Positions 55,242 through 64,000 are shown, counted from the stretch's first letter. The stretch: 64,000 nt of DNA from an uncultured Planctomycetota bacterium (GCA_964607145.1 CAZSIX010000015.1:3014-67013); one strand, 5' to 3'. Numbers and translations: made by a program. The notes: generated by a model from the letters alone, not told the origin.

Positions 55242-57382
55242 CCGCCGCACCCGGTCATGCGGGGCTCCTCGTCCGCCGTCGGCCCGGCCGCCGCCGTCCC
55301 GGCGAACAGGATTTCCTCCCATCCCCTCCGCGAGGGACGGGAGACCCGCCCCTCCGCTCCGCCCGTGTCCTCCCGTCCCTCTTCGAGGGAGGGACGGGAG
55401 GACGGGACTCCCGTCCCGGGGTCCGGGGACGGGACCGGGACGGGCGGGACGAGTTCACCGCTCGCGACCGCGTAGCGGTAGGGGCTCCCGGGCTTGCCGG
55501 TGCCCGTGCGGACGATGGCGCCCCGGGAGAGGAGGGCCTTGAGCGCGCGGGCGGTGCACTCCCGCTTGCCGCCGATGCCGGCGCAGACCTCGTCACGGGT
55601 CGCGGGTTCGCGCGTGGCGCGCAGGTGGTCGAGCGTGCGCTCCGAGGCCGCGGCCGCACGCACCTCCGCGGCCCCGCCCTGGCGGAGGACGCTCGCGCCG
55701 CGTAGTTCGAGAATCTGCTCGTCGAGCGGGGTCTCCCGGAACCGGCTGTACGCCTGGAGCGACCGGAACGTGTCCGACGGCATCTCCTTCGCCCGCCGGA
55801 GTTCCAGGACGACATCCATCGCGCCCGCGATGGCGGACGACCCGCGCGCCCCCTGGCCCTCCTCGGCGTCGGACTTGCGCAGGTGGTGGATGAGGAGCAC
55901 CGCCAGGTCCTCCCCGGCCGCGTCGAGCACGGCCCCGAGGGCGTCCTGCATCGCACCCGCGTCCTTCTCCGCGTCGCGCCCGAAGCGCCCCCACGCGGTG
56001 AGCGTGTCGATGCAGAGGAGCACCGCGCGGATGCGGCGGGCCTCGCGCACGCCCTCGAGGAGGAAGTCGCGGAGGGAGAACTCTGGGTGCATCTCGCGGC
56101 GGGTGAGGAAGCGGGTGTCGCGGAGGCCGAAGCGCGATGCCTTCTCGTGGATGGTGGCCGGCCCCTCCTCCGAGAGGACGACCGCCGGCCCCGCCGCCGT
56201 CGCGAACCCGGCGAACGGCTCGCCGCGCTCGAGGGCGCGGAGGATGGCGAACACGAACGTCGACTTGCCGGCCTTCGGATGGCCCGACAGCAGCGTCACC
56301 GCTCCGCGCGCGAGGAGGCCCTCGACGATCCACGGGACTCCCTCCGCAGCCTCCTCCGCGAGGTCCTCCACGCCGCGCCAGCGGAGAAGGCCCGGGGCGT
56401 CGCGGACGGCGCTCGCGAGCGCATCGCGGCGACCGGCGCGGAGCGCGTCCGCGACGTCCTTCGCCCCGTCGAGGTCGGCGAGGACGGCGTCCCATTCGAG
56501 GAGGCGAACGGCGGCCCCGGCGGCGCGGAGATCGCGTGTGGCGCGCTCCATGCCCTCGGCCCCGGCGCGGTCGTCGTGGAGCGCGAGGACCACGTCGCGG
56601 CCGCGGAGGGCGCGGGACCACTCCGCGTCGAACCGGAGCGCCCCCGGGAGGGCCAAGCGGACGTGGTCCCGGGCGACGTCCGCCGCGACGACGGCGAGGA
56701 GGTCGTGGCCACCCTCGAGCAGCAGGACCGGCGCGTCGGGCTCCCGCGCGAGCCGGACCACCTCGCCGAGGACGCCGCCGCGGGAACCGGGGAGGTCCTC
56801 CTCCTTCGAGTGCCGCCCAGGGCGGACCTTGGCGCCAACGACCCCGCCGGCCGGCGCGAACAGCGGGAGGACGAGGCGCGCGGGTTCGCCGCGCTCGTCG
56901 GGGAGCACGCCGCCGCCGATGGCGGCGAGCGCCTCGGGAGTCCCGTCGTACCGGGCGAGGAGGTCCCGGACATCGGCGTCATCCCGGCGATCCCGAAAGT
57001 AGATGCGCGCGTCCTCGACGACCTGCTGGAACCGGCCGGGCGCCTGGGCCGGTTCCGGCTGCAGCTCCGGGGCGCCGAAGTACCTCCGCTCCAGTTCCGC
57101 GGCGGCGGCGGCCGATCCGTCGAGCCCGCGGACCTCGACGGCCAGCGCGAGGAGCCCTCCCGCACCGAACCCGCAGACCCGGCACTCGGCCGACGCGCCG
57201 TCCTTCGCGACGACGAGGGAGGGGTGGCGGTCGCCGTTGCGGTGGCGCTCGCCCCGGGGGCAGCGAACCGCCGCGCCCGGGCGGGGGGCGTCGCGAAGGC
57301 CGATGAGCTCCCCAAGGACCCTGGGCGCGAGGCCCGCGTCTCGGAGCCGATCCACGACGCTCGGCCAGGCGCGGGGGCTCAC
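55238..57382 (-). CDS. Replication primase-helicase fusion: CHC2-like zinc finger + Toprim primase domain + AAA_25/RepA-like (RecA-fold) ATPase
   Basis: GTG at 57382 with GGAGGAG SD. Zn-finger CPRGERHRNGDRHPSLVV...CRVCGFG. Toprim-like VLLLEGGHDLLAV...VVLALHDDRAGAEG. Walker A LLSGHPKAGKSTF, Walker B AVLLCIDTL, and LAVLLIHHLRKSD. Confidence 0.75.
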   Translation of the reverse strand: MSPRAWPSVVDRLRDAGLAPRVLGELIGLRDAPRPGAAVRCPRGERHRNGDRHPSLVVAKDGASAECRVCGFGAGGLLALAVEVRGLDGSAAAAAELERRYFGAPELQPEPAQAPGRFQQVVEDARIYFRDRRDDADVRDLLARYDGTPEALAAIGGGVLPDERGEPARLVLPLFAPAGGVVGAKVRPGRHSKEEDLPGSRGGVLGEVVRLAREPDAPVLLLEGGHDLLAVVAADVARDHVRLALPGALRFDAEWSRALRGRDVVLALHDDRAGAEGMERATRDLRAAGAAVRLLEWDAVLADLDGAKDVADALRAGRRDALASAVRDAPGLLRWRGVEDLAEEAAEGVPWIVEGLLARGAVTLLSGHPKAGKSTFVFAILRALERGEPFAGFATAAGPAVVLSEEGPATIHEKASRFGLRDTRFLTRREMHPEFSLRDFLLEGVREARRIRAVLLCIDTLTAWGRFGRDAEKDAGAMQDALGAVLDAAGEDLAVLLIHHLRKSDAEEGQGARGSSAIAGAMDVVLELRRAKEMPSDTFRSLQAYSRFRETPLDEQILELRGASVLRQGGAAEVRAAAASERTLDHLRATREPATRDEVCAGIGGKRECTARALKALLSRGAIVRTGTGKPGSPYRYAVASGELVPPVPVPSPDPGTGVPSSRPSLEEGREDTGGAEGRVSRPSRRGWEEILFAGTAAAGPTADEEPRMTGCGG

Positions 57383-57576
57383 GACCTCTCCTCCCCGACG
57401 CCCTCGACCTGCACGGTGGCGACGGGAACTCCCCGCTCGTTCGCCTGGAGCCAGGTGCAGCCGTTCTCGTGGGCCAGCTGCACCCCTCGCACGGCACCGG
57501 CCCGGACCCGCGCCCGAGTGGTCGCCCCGCACCCCGGGCACCGGACCACCGCGACCGACTCGTCCCTGTCCGCCAT
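57379..57576 (-). CDS. Small zinc-ribbon protein (65 aa), first gene of the integrase-primase operon
   Basis: SD GAGGAGG 4 nt before ATG 57576 (verified). RCPGCGATT...NGCTW. The stop abuts the primase GTG. Confidence 0.6.
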   Translation of the reverse strand: MADRDESVAVVRCPGCGATTRARVRAGAVRGVQLAHENGCTWLQANERGVPVATVQVEGVGEERS

Positions 57577-57807
57577 CGAGCCTCCTCAGCCGATCGCCCC
57601 CGCACGGCTCCGTCGAGGCTCTGCCCTCACGGAGGCTCGTGCAACCTGTGCGACGGTCTCGAGCGTCGGTCACCGGGAGCGTCGTTCAACACCCGGAGCT
57701 GATCGGGCGTCCTGCTCCGTCAGACTCCGGCAACCCACCCGGGGCGGCGGCTTGCGTCGGTTACCTTCTGGCGTTCTCTCGTGGGATGGACCATCAGGGC
57801 GAACGAG

Positions 57808-60642
57808 ATGACCAGCGAGGAGGAGACCCGGCAGCGGCTCATCGACCGCCAGTTGCGGCTGGCGGGGTGGGACCTCCGCGACCCGACCCAGGTCGTCGAG
57901 GAGCACGAGATCGACCTGGTCAAGGCGGGCGTCGTTCCGCCGTTCGCGGCAGAGGTCGCCCCCGAGCACTACGGGAAGCAGTACGCCGACTACGCGCTGC
58001 TCTGCCGGGGAAAGGTGCTCGCTGTCCTCGAGGCGAAGAAGACCTCCAAGGACGCGCAGCTCGGGCAGGAGCAGGCGCTGCAGTACGCCGAGAACATCCA
58101 GCGACTGCAGGGGGGACGGGTGCCGTTCGTGATGTACTCGAACGGCCACGACTACTTCCTCTGGGAGTCCGACCGTTATCCTCCTGTCGCGATCCTCGGG
58201 CTGCCGAGCCGGTCGGACCTCGAGTGGATGGACCAGAGGCGGGAGAGCCGGAAGCCACTTTCCGTCGAGCTCATCAACCCGACCATCGCCGGGCGTGACT
58301 ACCAGATCGCCGCAATCCGCGCCGTCCTCGAAGGGCTGGAGGCCCGGCGGCGCAAGTTCCTGCTCGTCATGGCCACCGGGACCGGGAAGACCCGCGTGGC
58401 CATGGGGCTCATCGACGCCCTCCAGCGGGCCCACTGGGCGAAGCGGGTGCTCTTCTTGGTCGATCGCATCGCCCTGCGCGATCAGGCCATCGACGCGTTC
58501 CGCGAGAACCTCCCCGACAGCCCGTACTGGCCGCGGACTGAGGGGAAGTCCGTGGAGGCGGAGTGGCGCGGGGACCGTCGGCTCTACTGCACGACCTACC
58601 AGACGATGCTGAACCTCATCGAGTCCGGGAGGACTCCCGAGACGCGCCTCTCGCCCCACTTCTTCGACCTCGTCATCGCCGACGAGAGCCACCGGTCCAT
58701 CTACAATACGTACAAGGCGGTCCTCGACTGGTTTTCCGGCATCCGTCTCGGTCTCACCGCGACACCGCGCGACCACATCGATCACGACACCTTCGCGATC
58801 TTCGACTGCGAGGCGCAGGACCCGACGTACGCGTTCACCTACGACGAGGCGATCGCCCACGAACCGCCGTACCTCTGCGGCTTCCGCGTCCTGAAGGTCC
58901 GCTCGAAGTTCCAGCTCGAGGGCATCCAGGGAGGGACGCTCCCGGAGCCCGTGCAGAAGAAGCTGATCGCGGAGGGGAAGGACCCCTACGAGATCGACTT
59001 CGAGGGGAGCGAGCTTGAGAGGAAGGTCACGAACTCCGGGACCAACGCGGTCATCGTCCGGGAGTTCATGGAGGAGTGCATCAAGGACCCGACGGGGACC
59101 CTTCCCGGGAAGTCGATCTTCTTCGCCATCTCCAAGGACCACGCCCGGCGAATCGCCGCGATTTTCGACCAGCTCTACCCCGAGTACGCCGGACGGCTGG
59201 CCCGCGTCCTGGTCTCCGAGGATTCTCGCGTCCATGGCAAGGGCGGGCTCCTCGACCAGTTCAAGCACAGCGGCATGCCCCGGGTCGCGCTCTCCGTGGA
59301 CATGCTCGACACCGGCATCGATGTGCCGGAGGTGGTGAACCTCGTCTTCGCCAAGCCGGTGTTCAGCTACACGAAGTTCTGGCAGATGATCGGTCGCGGG
59401 ACCCGCGTCCTCCCCGCGCCGGGGAAGAGGAAGTCGTGGTGCCCGGAGAAGGACGAGTTCCTCATCATCGACTGCTGGGGGAACTTCGACTTCTTCAAGA
59501 TGAAGCCCGAGGGGAAGGAGCCCAAGCCCCAGGTCGCGCTCCCCGTGCGGCTCTTCCACGCGAGGCTCGACCTCCTCGACGCCGGGACCTCGAGTGGGCA
59601 ACCTGACGCCACGGCCGTCGCCGTCGAGGGGCTGCGAGCGGACCTCGCCGCGCTCCCGGAGCAGAACGCCATCGTCACCGGGAGCCGGAGGGACCTCGAC
59701 CCCGTCCTTGCCGACGAGTTCTGGCTCCACCTGACGCCCACGAAGGTCGCCGCGCTGCGCAGTTCGGTGGCCCCGCTCCTCCGGGCGCGGTCGGTGCTCG
59801 AACCGAAGGCGATGCGGTTCGAGATGGAGGCGGTCCAGCTCCTGTGCGCCCGGCTCGGGAGCGCCGGGGTCCTGCTAGAGGGACTGCGCGACAGCCTGGT
59901 CGAGCAGGTCGCCGAACTCCCGCTGTCCGTCAACACGGTGGCGGAGGAGCGGGCTTCGGTTGAGCAGGCGCTTCGGCCCGGCTGGTGGGACGAGACGGCG
60001 ATCCCGGAGGTCTGGTCCACCACCAAGAGGCTCGCGCCTCTCATGCGGTTCCGGCAGGCCCCTCGCGATCCGCTCCTGCGCCTCGACCTGGCCGACCTCA
60101 CGGTGATCAAGGAGGGTCTGGAGTTCGGGCCGGGTCACGAGGGCCGCACGAGCACCGGGTTCCGGGCTCGCGTGGAGGCCTACGTCCGTTCGCTCGTCGC
60201 GACGAACCCGGTGATGGCCCGGATCGCGGCCGGCGAGACCCCGGGGGAGGTCGAGCTGGCGGAAGTGGCGGAGATCCTCCGTCAGGGGGATCCGGTCGTC
60301 ACCGAGGACGCCCTCCGGCGTGCCTACGACCTCCGCGCAGCGGGGCTGACGCAGCTCCTCCGGCACGTGCTGGGGTTGGAGCGCCTGCCCTCCTGGGGGG
60401 AAGCGGTCACCGCCGCCGTCGACGGGTTCATCGCGAGGCACACGACTTTGACCCAGCTCCAGATCCGGTTCCTCCAGACCCTCCGCACGTTCCTTCTACA
60501 GAACCGCCAGTTCGATCGGGGCGCCCTCCTCGAGCCCCCCTTTACCCAGCTCCACCCCAGCGGCGCCCGCGGGGTCTTCTCCGGGCCCGAACTCCAGGAG
60601 GTCGTTGCCCTCGCGGAGGGGCTGGTCGCCGGAAGGGGGTAG
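57808..60642 (+). CDS. HsdR-family helicase/nuclease (type I restriction R subunit-like: HSDR_N nuclease domain + ResIII/DEAD-DEAH helicase)
   Basis: N-terminal EEETRQRLIDRQLRLAGW...YADYALL...VLAVLEAKK (Mrr/HsdR_N-like). Walker A LVMATGTGKT. DEAH-like LVIADESHRS. GLTATP. Helicase C MLDTGIDVPEVVNLVF...QMIGRGTR. An in-frame GTG at 57781 is the alternative start. Confidence 0.75.
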   Translation: MTSEEETRQRLIDRQLRLAGWDLRDPTQVVEEHEIDLVKAGVVPPFAAEVAPEHYGKQYADYALLCRGKVLAVLEAKKTSKDAQLGQEQALQYAENIQRLQGGRVPFVMYSNGHDYFLWESDRYPPVAILGLPSRSDLEWMDQRRESRKPLSVELINPTIAGRDYQIAAIRAVLEGLEARRRKFLLVMATGTGKTRVAMGLIDALQRAHWAKRVLFLVDRIALRDQAIDAFRENLPDSPYWPRTEGKSVEAEWRGDRRLYCTTYQTMLNLIESGRTPETRLSPHFFDLVIADESHRSIYNTYKAVLDWFSGIRLGLTATPRDHIDHDTFAIFDCEAQDPTYAFTYDEAIAHEPPYLCGFRVLKVRSKFQLEGIQGGTLPEPVQKKLIAEGKDPYEIDFEGSELERKVTNSGTNAVIVREFMEECIKDPTGTLPGKSIFFAISKDHARRIAAIFDQLYPEYAGRLARVLVSEDSRVHGKGGLLDQFKHSGMPRVALSVDMLDTGIDVPEVVNLVFAKPVFSYTKFWQMIGRGTRVLPAPGKRKSWCPEKDEFLIIDCWGNFDFFKMKPEGKEPKPQVALPVRLFHARLDLLDAGTSSGQPDATAVAVEGLRADLAALPEQNAIVTGSRRDLDPVLADEFWLHLTPTKVAALRSSVAPLLRARSVLEPKAMRFEMEAVQLLCARLGSAGVLLEGLRDSLVEQVAELPLSVNTVAEERASVEQALRPGWWDETAIPEVWSTTKRLAPLMRFRQAPRDPLLRLDLADLTVIKEGLEFGPGHEGRTSTGFRARVEAYVRSLVATNPVMARIAAGETPGEVELAEVAEILRQGDPVVTEDALRRAYDLRAAGLTQLLRHVLGLERLPSWGEAVTAAVDGFIARHTTLTQLQIRFLQTLRTFLLQNRQFDRGALLEPPFTQLHPSGARGVFSGPELQEVVALAEGLVAGRG

Positions 60643-60729
60643 TCGAGGCCGATAAAGGGGTACTCTCGACAACCAGATTACCCCTTTACAGCTGGCCCTT
60701 GCCCGGATAGGCTACGCCCCCGAACGGCC

Positions 60730-61788
60730 ATGCACTCCCTCACACCCGCCTACCTCGACCGCCTCTCCTTCTCTGCGGAGGAGGCCGCCGCTCTGTCCGC
60801 CCTGATGGAGATGCGCGGGCGCCAGGAGCTCTTCGTCAACCAGAAGCCCGAGGTACTGGAGTCCCTGCGCCAAGTCGCCATCATCGAGTCCACGGAGTCG
60901 AGCAACCGCATCGAGGGCATCTCGGCGCCCCGGGACCGGATCGAGGCCATCGTCCTCCGCCCCACGGAGCATCGGAACCGCTCCGAGCAGGAGATCGCCG
61001 GCTACCGGGACGCGCTCGCCCTCATCCACGAGTCCCACGAGCACATGCCGCTCACGGTGAACGTGCTCCTGCAGATCCACCAGATGCTCTACCGCTACCA
61101 CCCCGGTCCCGGGGGGCGGTTCAAGCTCGCGGACAACCGCATCGACCACTACGACGGGAAGGGGAACCTCGTCCGTGTCCGATTCCGTCCCACTCCGGCA
61201 TTCGAGACCCCGGCCGCCATGGATGCGCTCGTCGCGGGGTATCAGGATGCGAACGGCGCCCGGGCGCTGCACCCGCTGGTCGCGGTCCCCCTCACGATCC
61301 TGGACCTGCTCTGCATCCACCCGTTCACGGACGGGAACGGCCGCGTCGCGCGTCTGGCGACGCTCCTGCTCCTCTACCACCACGGGTTCGCGCTCGGGCG
61401 CTACATCAGCCTCGAGCGCATCGTGGAGGAATCGAAAGAGGGATACTACGAGACGCTCGAGGCCAGTTCGAAGGGCTGGCACGAGGGGAAGCACGACGTC
61501 CACCCGTGGCTGAACTACTTCTGGGGCGCGCTGACGCGGGCGGGCCGCGAGTTCGAGGAGCGGGTGGGAAAGGTCGCCGACGCCCCGGGGACCAAGAGCG
61601 AGATGATCCGCGCCGCGGTGATGCGTAGGATCGGCCCGTTCTCCAGTGCGGCGATCGAGAAGGACTGCCCCGGCGTGAGCCACGAGCTTGTTAGGCGCGT
61701 TCTGCGTTCCATGAGAGACGAAGGGATCATCGCGGTTCAAGGACGTGGGCGCGGGGCCAAGTGGCTGCGGTCTGCAGAATCGAGGTGA
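60730..61788 (+). CDS. Fic family protein (Fic/DOC AMPylation-type motif) with C-terminal winged-helix
   Basis: Canonical Fic motif HPFTDGNGRVARL. ATG at 60730. Confidence 0.85.
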   Translation: MHSLTPAYLDRLSFSAEEAAALSALMEMRGRQELFVNQKPEVLESLRQVAIIESTESSNRIEGISAPRDRIEAIVLRPTEHRNRSEQEIAGYRDALALIHESHEHMPLTVNVLLQIHQMLYRYHPGPGGRFKLADNRIDHYDGKGNLVRVRFRPTPAFETPAAMDALVAGYQDANGARALHPLVAVPLTILDLLCIHPFTDGNGRVARLATLLLLYHHGFALGRYISLERIVEESKEGYYETLEASSKGWHEGKHDVHPWLNYFWGALTRAGREFEERVGKVADAPGTKSEMIRAAVMRRIGPFSSAAIEKDCPGVSHELVRRVLRSMRDEGIIAVQGRGRGAKWLRSAESR

Positions 61789-61792
61789 CACG

Positions 61793-63292
61793 ATGCTCAC
61801 AAGACTAGTGGTCAACGGGTTCAAGAACCTGGACGGCATCGATGTCAGGCTCGGTCCGTTCACATGCGTCGCGGGGCCTAACGGCGTCGGCAAGTCGAAC
61901 CTCTTCGACGCCATTGAGTTCCTGGGGGCCCTGGCCGAGCACCCGTTGATGGATGCTGCGCTTGCCGTTCGAGGCGGCGAGGCGCGCCGCGGTGACGTGA
62001 GGAGCCTTTTCAGGCGGACGGGGGACAAGACCGCAGAGTCGATGAAATTCCTCGCGGAGATGATCATCCCCTACACGGGTGTCGATACGCTCGGTCAACC
62101 CGCCAAGGCCTCCATGACGTTCCTTCGGTACGAGTTGGAGCTGGGGTATCGCGATGATCCGTCGGTGCGAGCGATGGGAAAGCTCGAGGTGCGTCGCGAG
62201 ACGATGGTCCACATCAATCGCTCCACCGCCAAGTCCCAACTCCGCTTCCCGCACAAGAAGCCTTGGCGGGACTCCGTAGTGAGGGGGCGCCGGAGCAGCG
62301 ACTACATCTCAACCGAGGACAAGAGCGGCGAGGCGGTCATCTCCCTGCATGCAGACACAAGCGGGGCGAAGGGTGGCGGAAAGCCACGGCGCGCATTGGC
62401 ATCCAGTCTGCCCCGCACGATGCTCTCCAGCGTGACCAACGCGGCCGAGCATCGGACCCTGGTGCTGGCGCGTCAGGAGATGGCTTCGTGGACCCACCTT
62501 CAGCTGGAGCCTTCTGCGCTTAGGGCTCCGGACCCGTTCACCGCAACCCGATCCATTGCCTCGAACGGTGCCCACCTGCCTGCCACGCTCTATGACTTGT
62601 CCCTGCGGGCGGAACGGGGCAAGAAGGGAGGAGCGGAGGACCTGTACGCGCGCGTGTCCAATCGCCTATCGGAACTCGTCGAGAGTGTGCGAGCCCTGAC
62701 GGTGGACGTTGACGAGAAGCGCGAACTCCTCAGCATCGTCCTCACTGACCGCGAAGGCACCCCGCACCTTGCAGGTGCGCTCTCGGATGGCACGTTGCGG
62801 TTCTTGGCGTTGACGGTCATGGAGGAGGATCCAAGGAGCCGGCCTCTCCTGTGTCTCGAGGAACCTGAAAACGGGATGCATCCTTCCCGCATTCCAGCGG
62901 TCATCGAGTTGTTGGACGCTCTCGTGGTCGACGCTGACAGCCCAGTCAACGAGGAGAATCCCCTACGGCAAGTCATTGTCAATACGCACTCGCCCTCCGT
63001 GGTGGGGGGCGTCGTGGACGGCGATCTGCTGCTTGCGCGCGAGACGCGGGTCGCGGTCGAGGGCAAAGAGGAGTCCCGTCTCGCCCTGAGCCCCCTGTCG
63101 GGGACCTGGCGCCTCAAGGACAGCGCTGACGTGTCCCCGGTGACCCGCGGTGAACTGCTCGCCTACCTCAATCCGTTCTACGCCGACGAGGAGGAGAGTG
63201 AGCAGCCGAAGAACCGCCGGCGAGTGCGTGTCAAGGAACGTCCTGACCTCGGTCCGTTCCTGCCATTCCGGGAGCCGGAGACAACCGCATGA
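61793..63292 (+). CDS. ABC/OLD-family AAA ATPase (AAA_15/AAA_21-like, RecF/SMC-like N-terminal Walker A)
   Basis: SD GAGGTGA before ATG 61793. Walker A CVAGPNGVGKSNLFDAIEFL. Distal Walker B / D-loop LLCLEEPENGMHP. Confidence 0.75.
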   Translation: MLTRLVVNGFKNLDGIDVRLGPFTCVAGPNGVGKSNLFDAIEFLGALAEHPLMDAALAVRGGEARRGDVRSLFRRTGDKTAESMKFLAEMIIPYTGVDTLGQPAKASMTFLRYELELGYRDDPSVRAMGKLEVRRETMVHINRSTAKSQLRFPHKKPWRDSVVRGRRSSDYISTEDKSGEAVISLHADTSGAKGGGKPRRALASSLPRTMLSSVTNAAEHRTLVLARQEMASWTHLQLEPSALRAPDPFTATRSIASNGAHLPATLYDLSLRAERGKKGGAEDLYARVSNRLSELVESVRALTVDVDEKRELLSIVLTDREGTPHLAGALSDGTLRFLALTVMEEDPRSRPLLCLEEPENGMHPSRIPAVIELLDALVVDADSPVNEENPLRQVIVNTHSPSVVGGVVDGDLLLARETRVAVEGKEESRLALSPLSGTWRLKDSADVSPVTRGELLAYLNPFYADEEESEQPKNRRRVRVKERPDLGPFLPFREPETTA

Positions 63293-63927
63293 TCCAGGCG
63301 GCGGTGGTGACCGATGGGACCTCAGACCGCGTCTTGATTCCGGTACTCCGGTGGACGCTCGGCGTCGTGACTCCTGCTCCGATCGATGTGCGGTGGGCGG
63401 ACTTGCGGGGGCTTCGGTCCCCGCCGCGAGGCCTGGAGGAACGCATCTCACGCGCGGTCGAGCTCTATCCCTGCCAACTCCTCTTCGTCCATCGCGACGC
63501 TGAGGCCCAGCCACCGCGCTGGAGAGAAGCTGAGATCCAGCGAGCCAATCAGACTCAGGTGCCTCACGTCTGCGTAGTGCCAGTCCGGATGCAGGAGACC
63601 TGGCTCCTCCACAACGAGGCGGCCCTCCGTAGGGCCGCAGGCTGTCCCTCGGGAACCGGGCCACTGGACCTTCCGGCGCTCCGGGATGTCGAGTCGGTGC
63701 CTGATCCGCGAGCGGTCCTCCACACCGCACTGACACTCGCGAGCGAGTTGAGAGGCCGAAAGCTCCGGAAGTTCCGCGCGAATGTCGCTGCTCACCGCTT
63801 GGCCGAGCTTGTCGAGGATTGGTCTCCGCTTCGCGCTCTCCCGGCATTCCAGCGGTTGGAGGAACTCGCACGCGAGGCACTCCAGGCTCTTGGCGTTCCC
63901 CTCTATCTACCACCAGGAGCGAACTGA
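63289..63927 (+). CDS. DUF4276-like (RloB/Toprim-like) small protein, partner of the AAA ATPase
   Basis: ATGA overlap with the ATPase stop. 212 aa, matching DUF4276 size. N-terminal acidic Toprim-like motif AAVVTDGTSDRVLIPVL, then FVHRDAEAQ. Confidence 0.5.
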   Translation: MIQAAVVTDGTSDRVLIPVLRWTLGVVTPAPIDVRWADLRGLRSPPRGLEERISRAVELYPCQLLFVHRDAEAQPPRWREAEIQRANQTQVPHVCVVPVRMQETWLLHNEAALRRAAGCPSGTGPLDLPALRDVESVPDPRAVLHTALTLASELRGRKLRKFRANVAAHRLAELVEDWSPLRALPAFQRLEELAREALQALGVPLYLPPGAN

Positions 63928-64000
63928 CCAGTGCTTACACCCGCCATGCGCAGCCGCATCGACGCCCTCTGGGACCGCTTCTGGTCCGGGGGCATCGCGA

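Larger units (their letters stand above)
49091..64000. mobile_element. Integrase-associated genomic island at tRNA-Arg(CCT), extending past the right window edge. It carries the TIR cassette, int/xis/primase-helicase backbone and RM-like/Fic/AAA-DUF4276 cargo
   Basis: Integrase and excisionase adjacent to the tRNA. The tRNA 5' half is duplicated as an inverted repeat. Visibly lower GC in 49.2-51.8 kb and 57.8-64 kb compared with roughly 72% in the core. Replication and defence-type genes are present. Confidence 0.7.

Noticed and set aside
1-64000. CRISPR arrays, rRNA genes, IS elements with terminal inverted repeats
   Set aside because: No regularly spaced direct repeats, no rRNA-like conserved sequence and no transposase-like ORFs were seen on reading the window.

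Overview
This 64 kb window comes from a very high-GC bacterial chromosome (about 70-75% GC by eye, with strong GC3 codon bias). Most long ORFs in the six-frame track are high-GC artefacts, often Arg/Pro/Gly-rich antisense frames, so genes were called by amino-acid composition and recognisable domains, and starts were fixed by codon arithmetic from the ORF ends plus Shine-Dalgarno and overlap context. The core region (1-49 kb) carries the following, in window order:
- the left edge: a HEAT-repeat protein, an FAD oxidoreductase, an outer-membrane beta-barrel protein, a DUF2238-like membrane protein and a response regulator;
- a split conserved neighbourhood (RDD + SpoIIM-like/DUF95, DUF58 + MoxR ATPase, and DUF885 + membrane protein + DUF4129 + DUF4350) interrupted by a periplasmic solute-binding protein;
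- an alpha/beta hydrolase, a DUF3883 protein and a TPR lipoprotein;
- topA with an unusual N-terminal basic tail;
- two ECF sigma factors with one zf-HC2 anti-sigma;
- leucine-type dehydrogenase, PilZ, mgtE, dinG, rsfS, an ABC ATPase/permease pair and comEA-like-nadC-birA;
- three tandem paralogous secreted proteins of an apparently uncharacterised family;
- a histidine kinase/OmpR-type regulator translationally coupled to a 924-aa secreted protein;
- a YcaQ-like DNA glycosylase.
At least twelve adjacent gene pairs are coupled by 4-nt GTGA or ATGA start/stop overlaps. From about 49.1 kb to the window end lies an apparently lower-GC, integrase-associated genomic island.
- An intact tRNA-Arg(CCT) on the minus strand and an inverted duplicate of its 5' half plus about 60 bp of upstream flank (a roughly 100 bp inverted repeat) bracket a 2.7 kb low-GC cassette.
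- The cassette encodes a TIR-domain protein and two unknown proteins. This is the most interesting candidate for an undescribed defence-like system.
- Next come a tyrosine integrase, an excisionase-like HTH protein, small Zn-ribbon proteins and a primase (Zn-finger + Toprim)-AAA_25 helicase fusion.
- Last comes a defence-like cargo: an HsdR-family helicase/nuclease, a Fic protein, and an ABC/OLD-like AAA ATPase plus a DUF4276-like partner (Rlo/PARIS-like module).
No CRISPR array or rRNA was seen.
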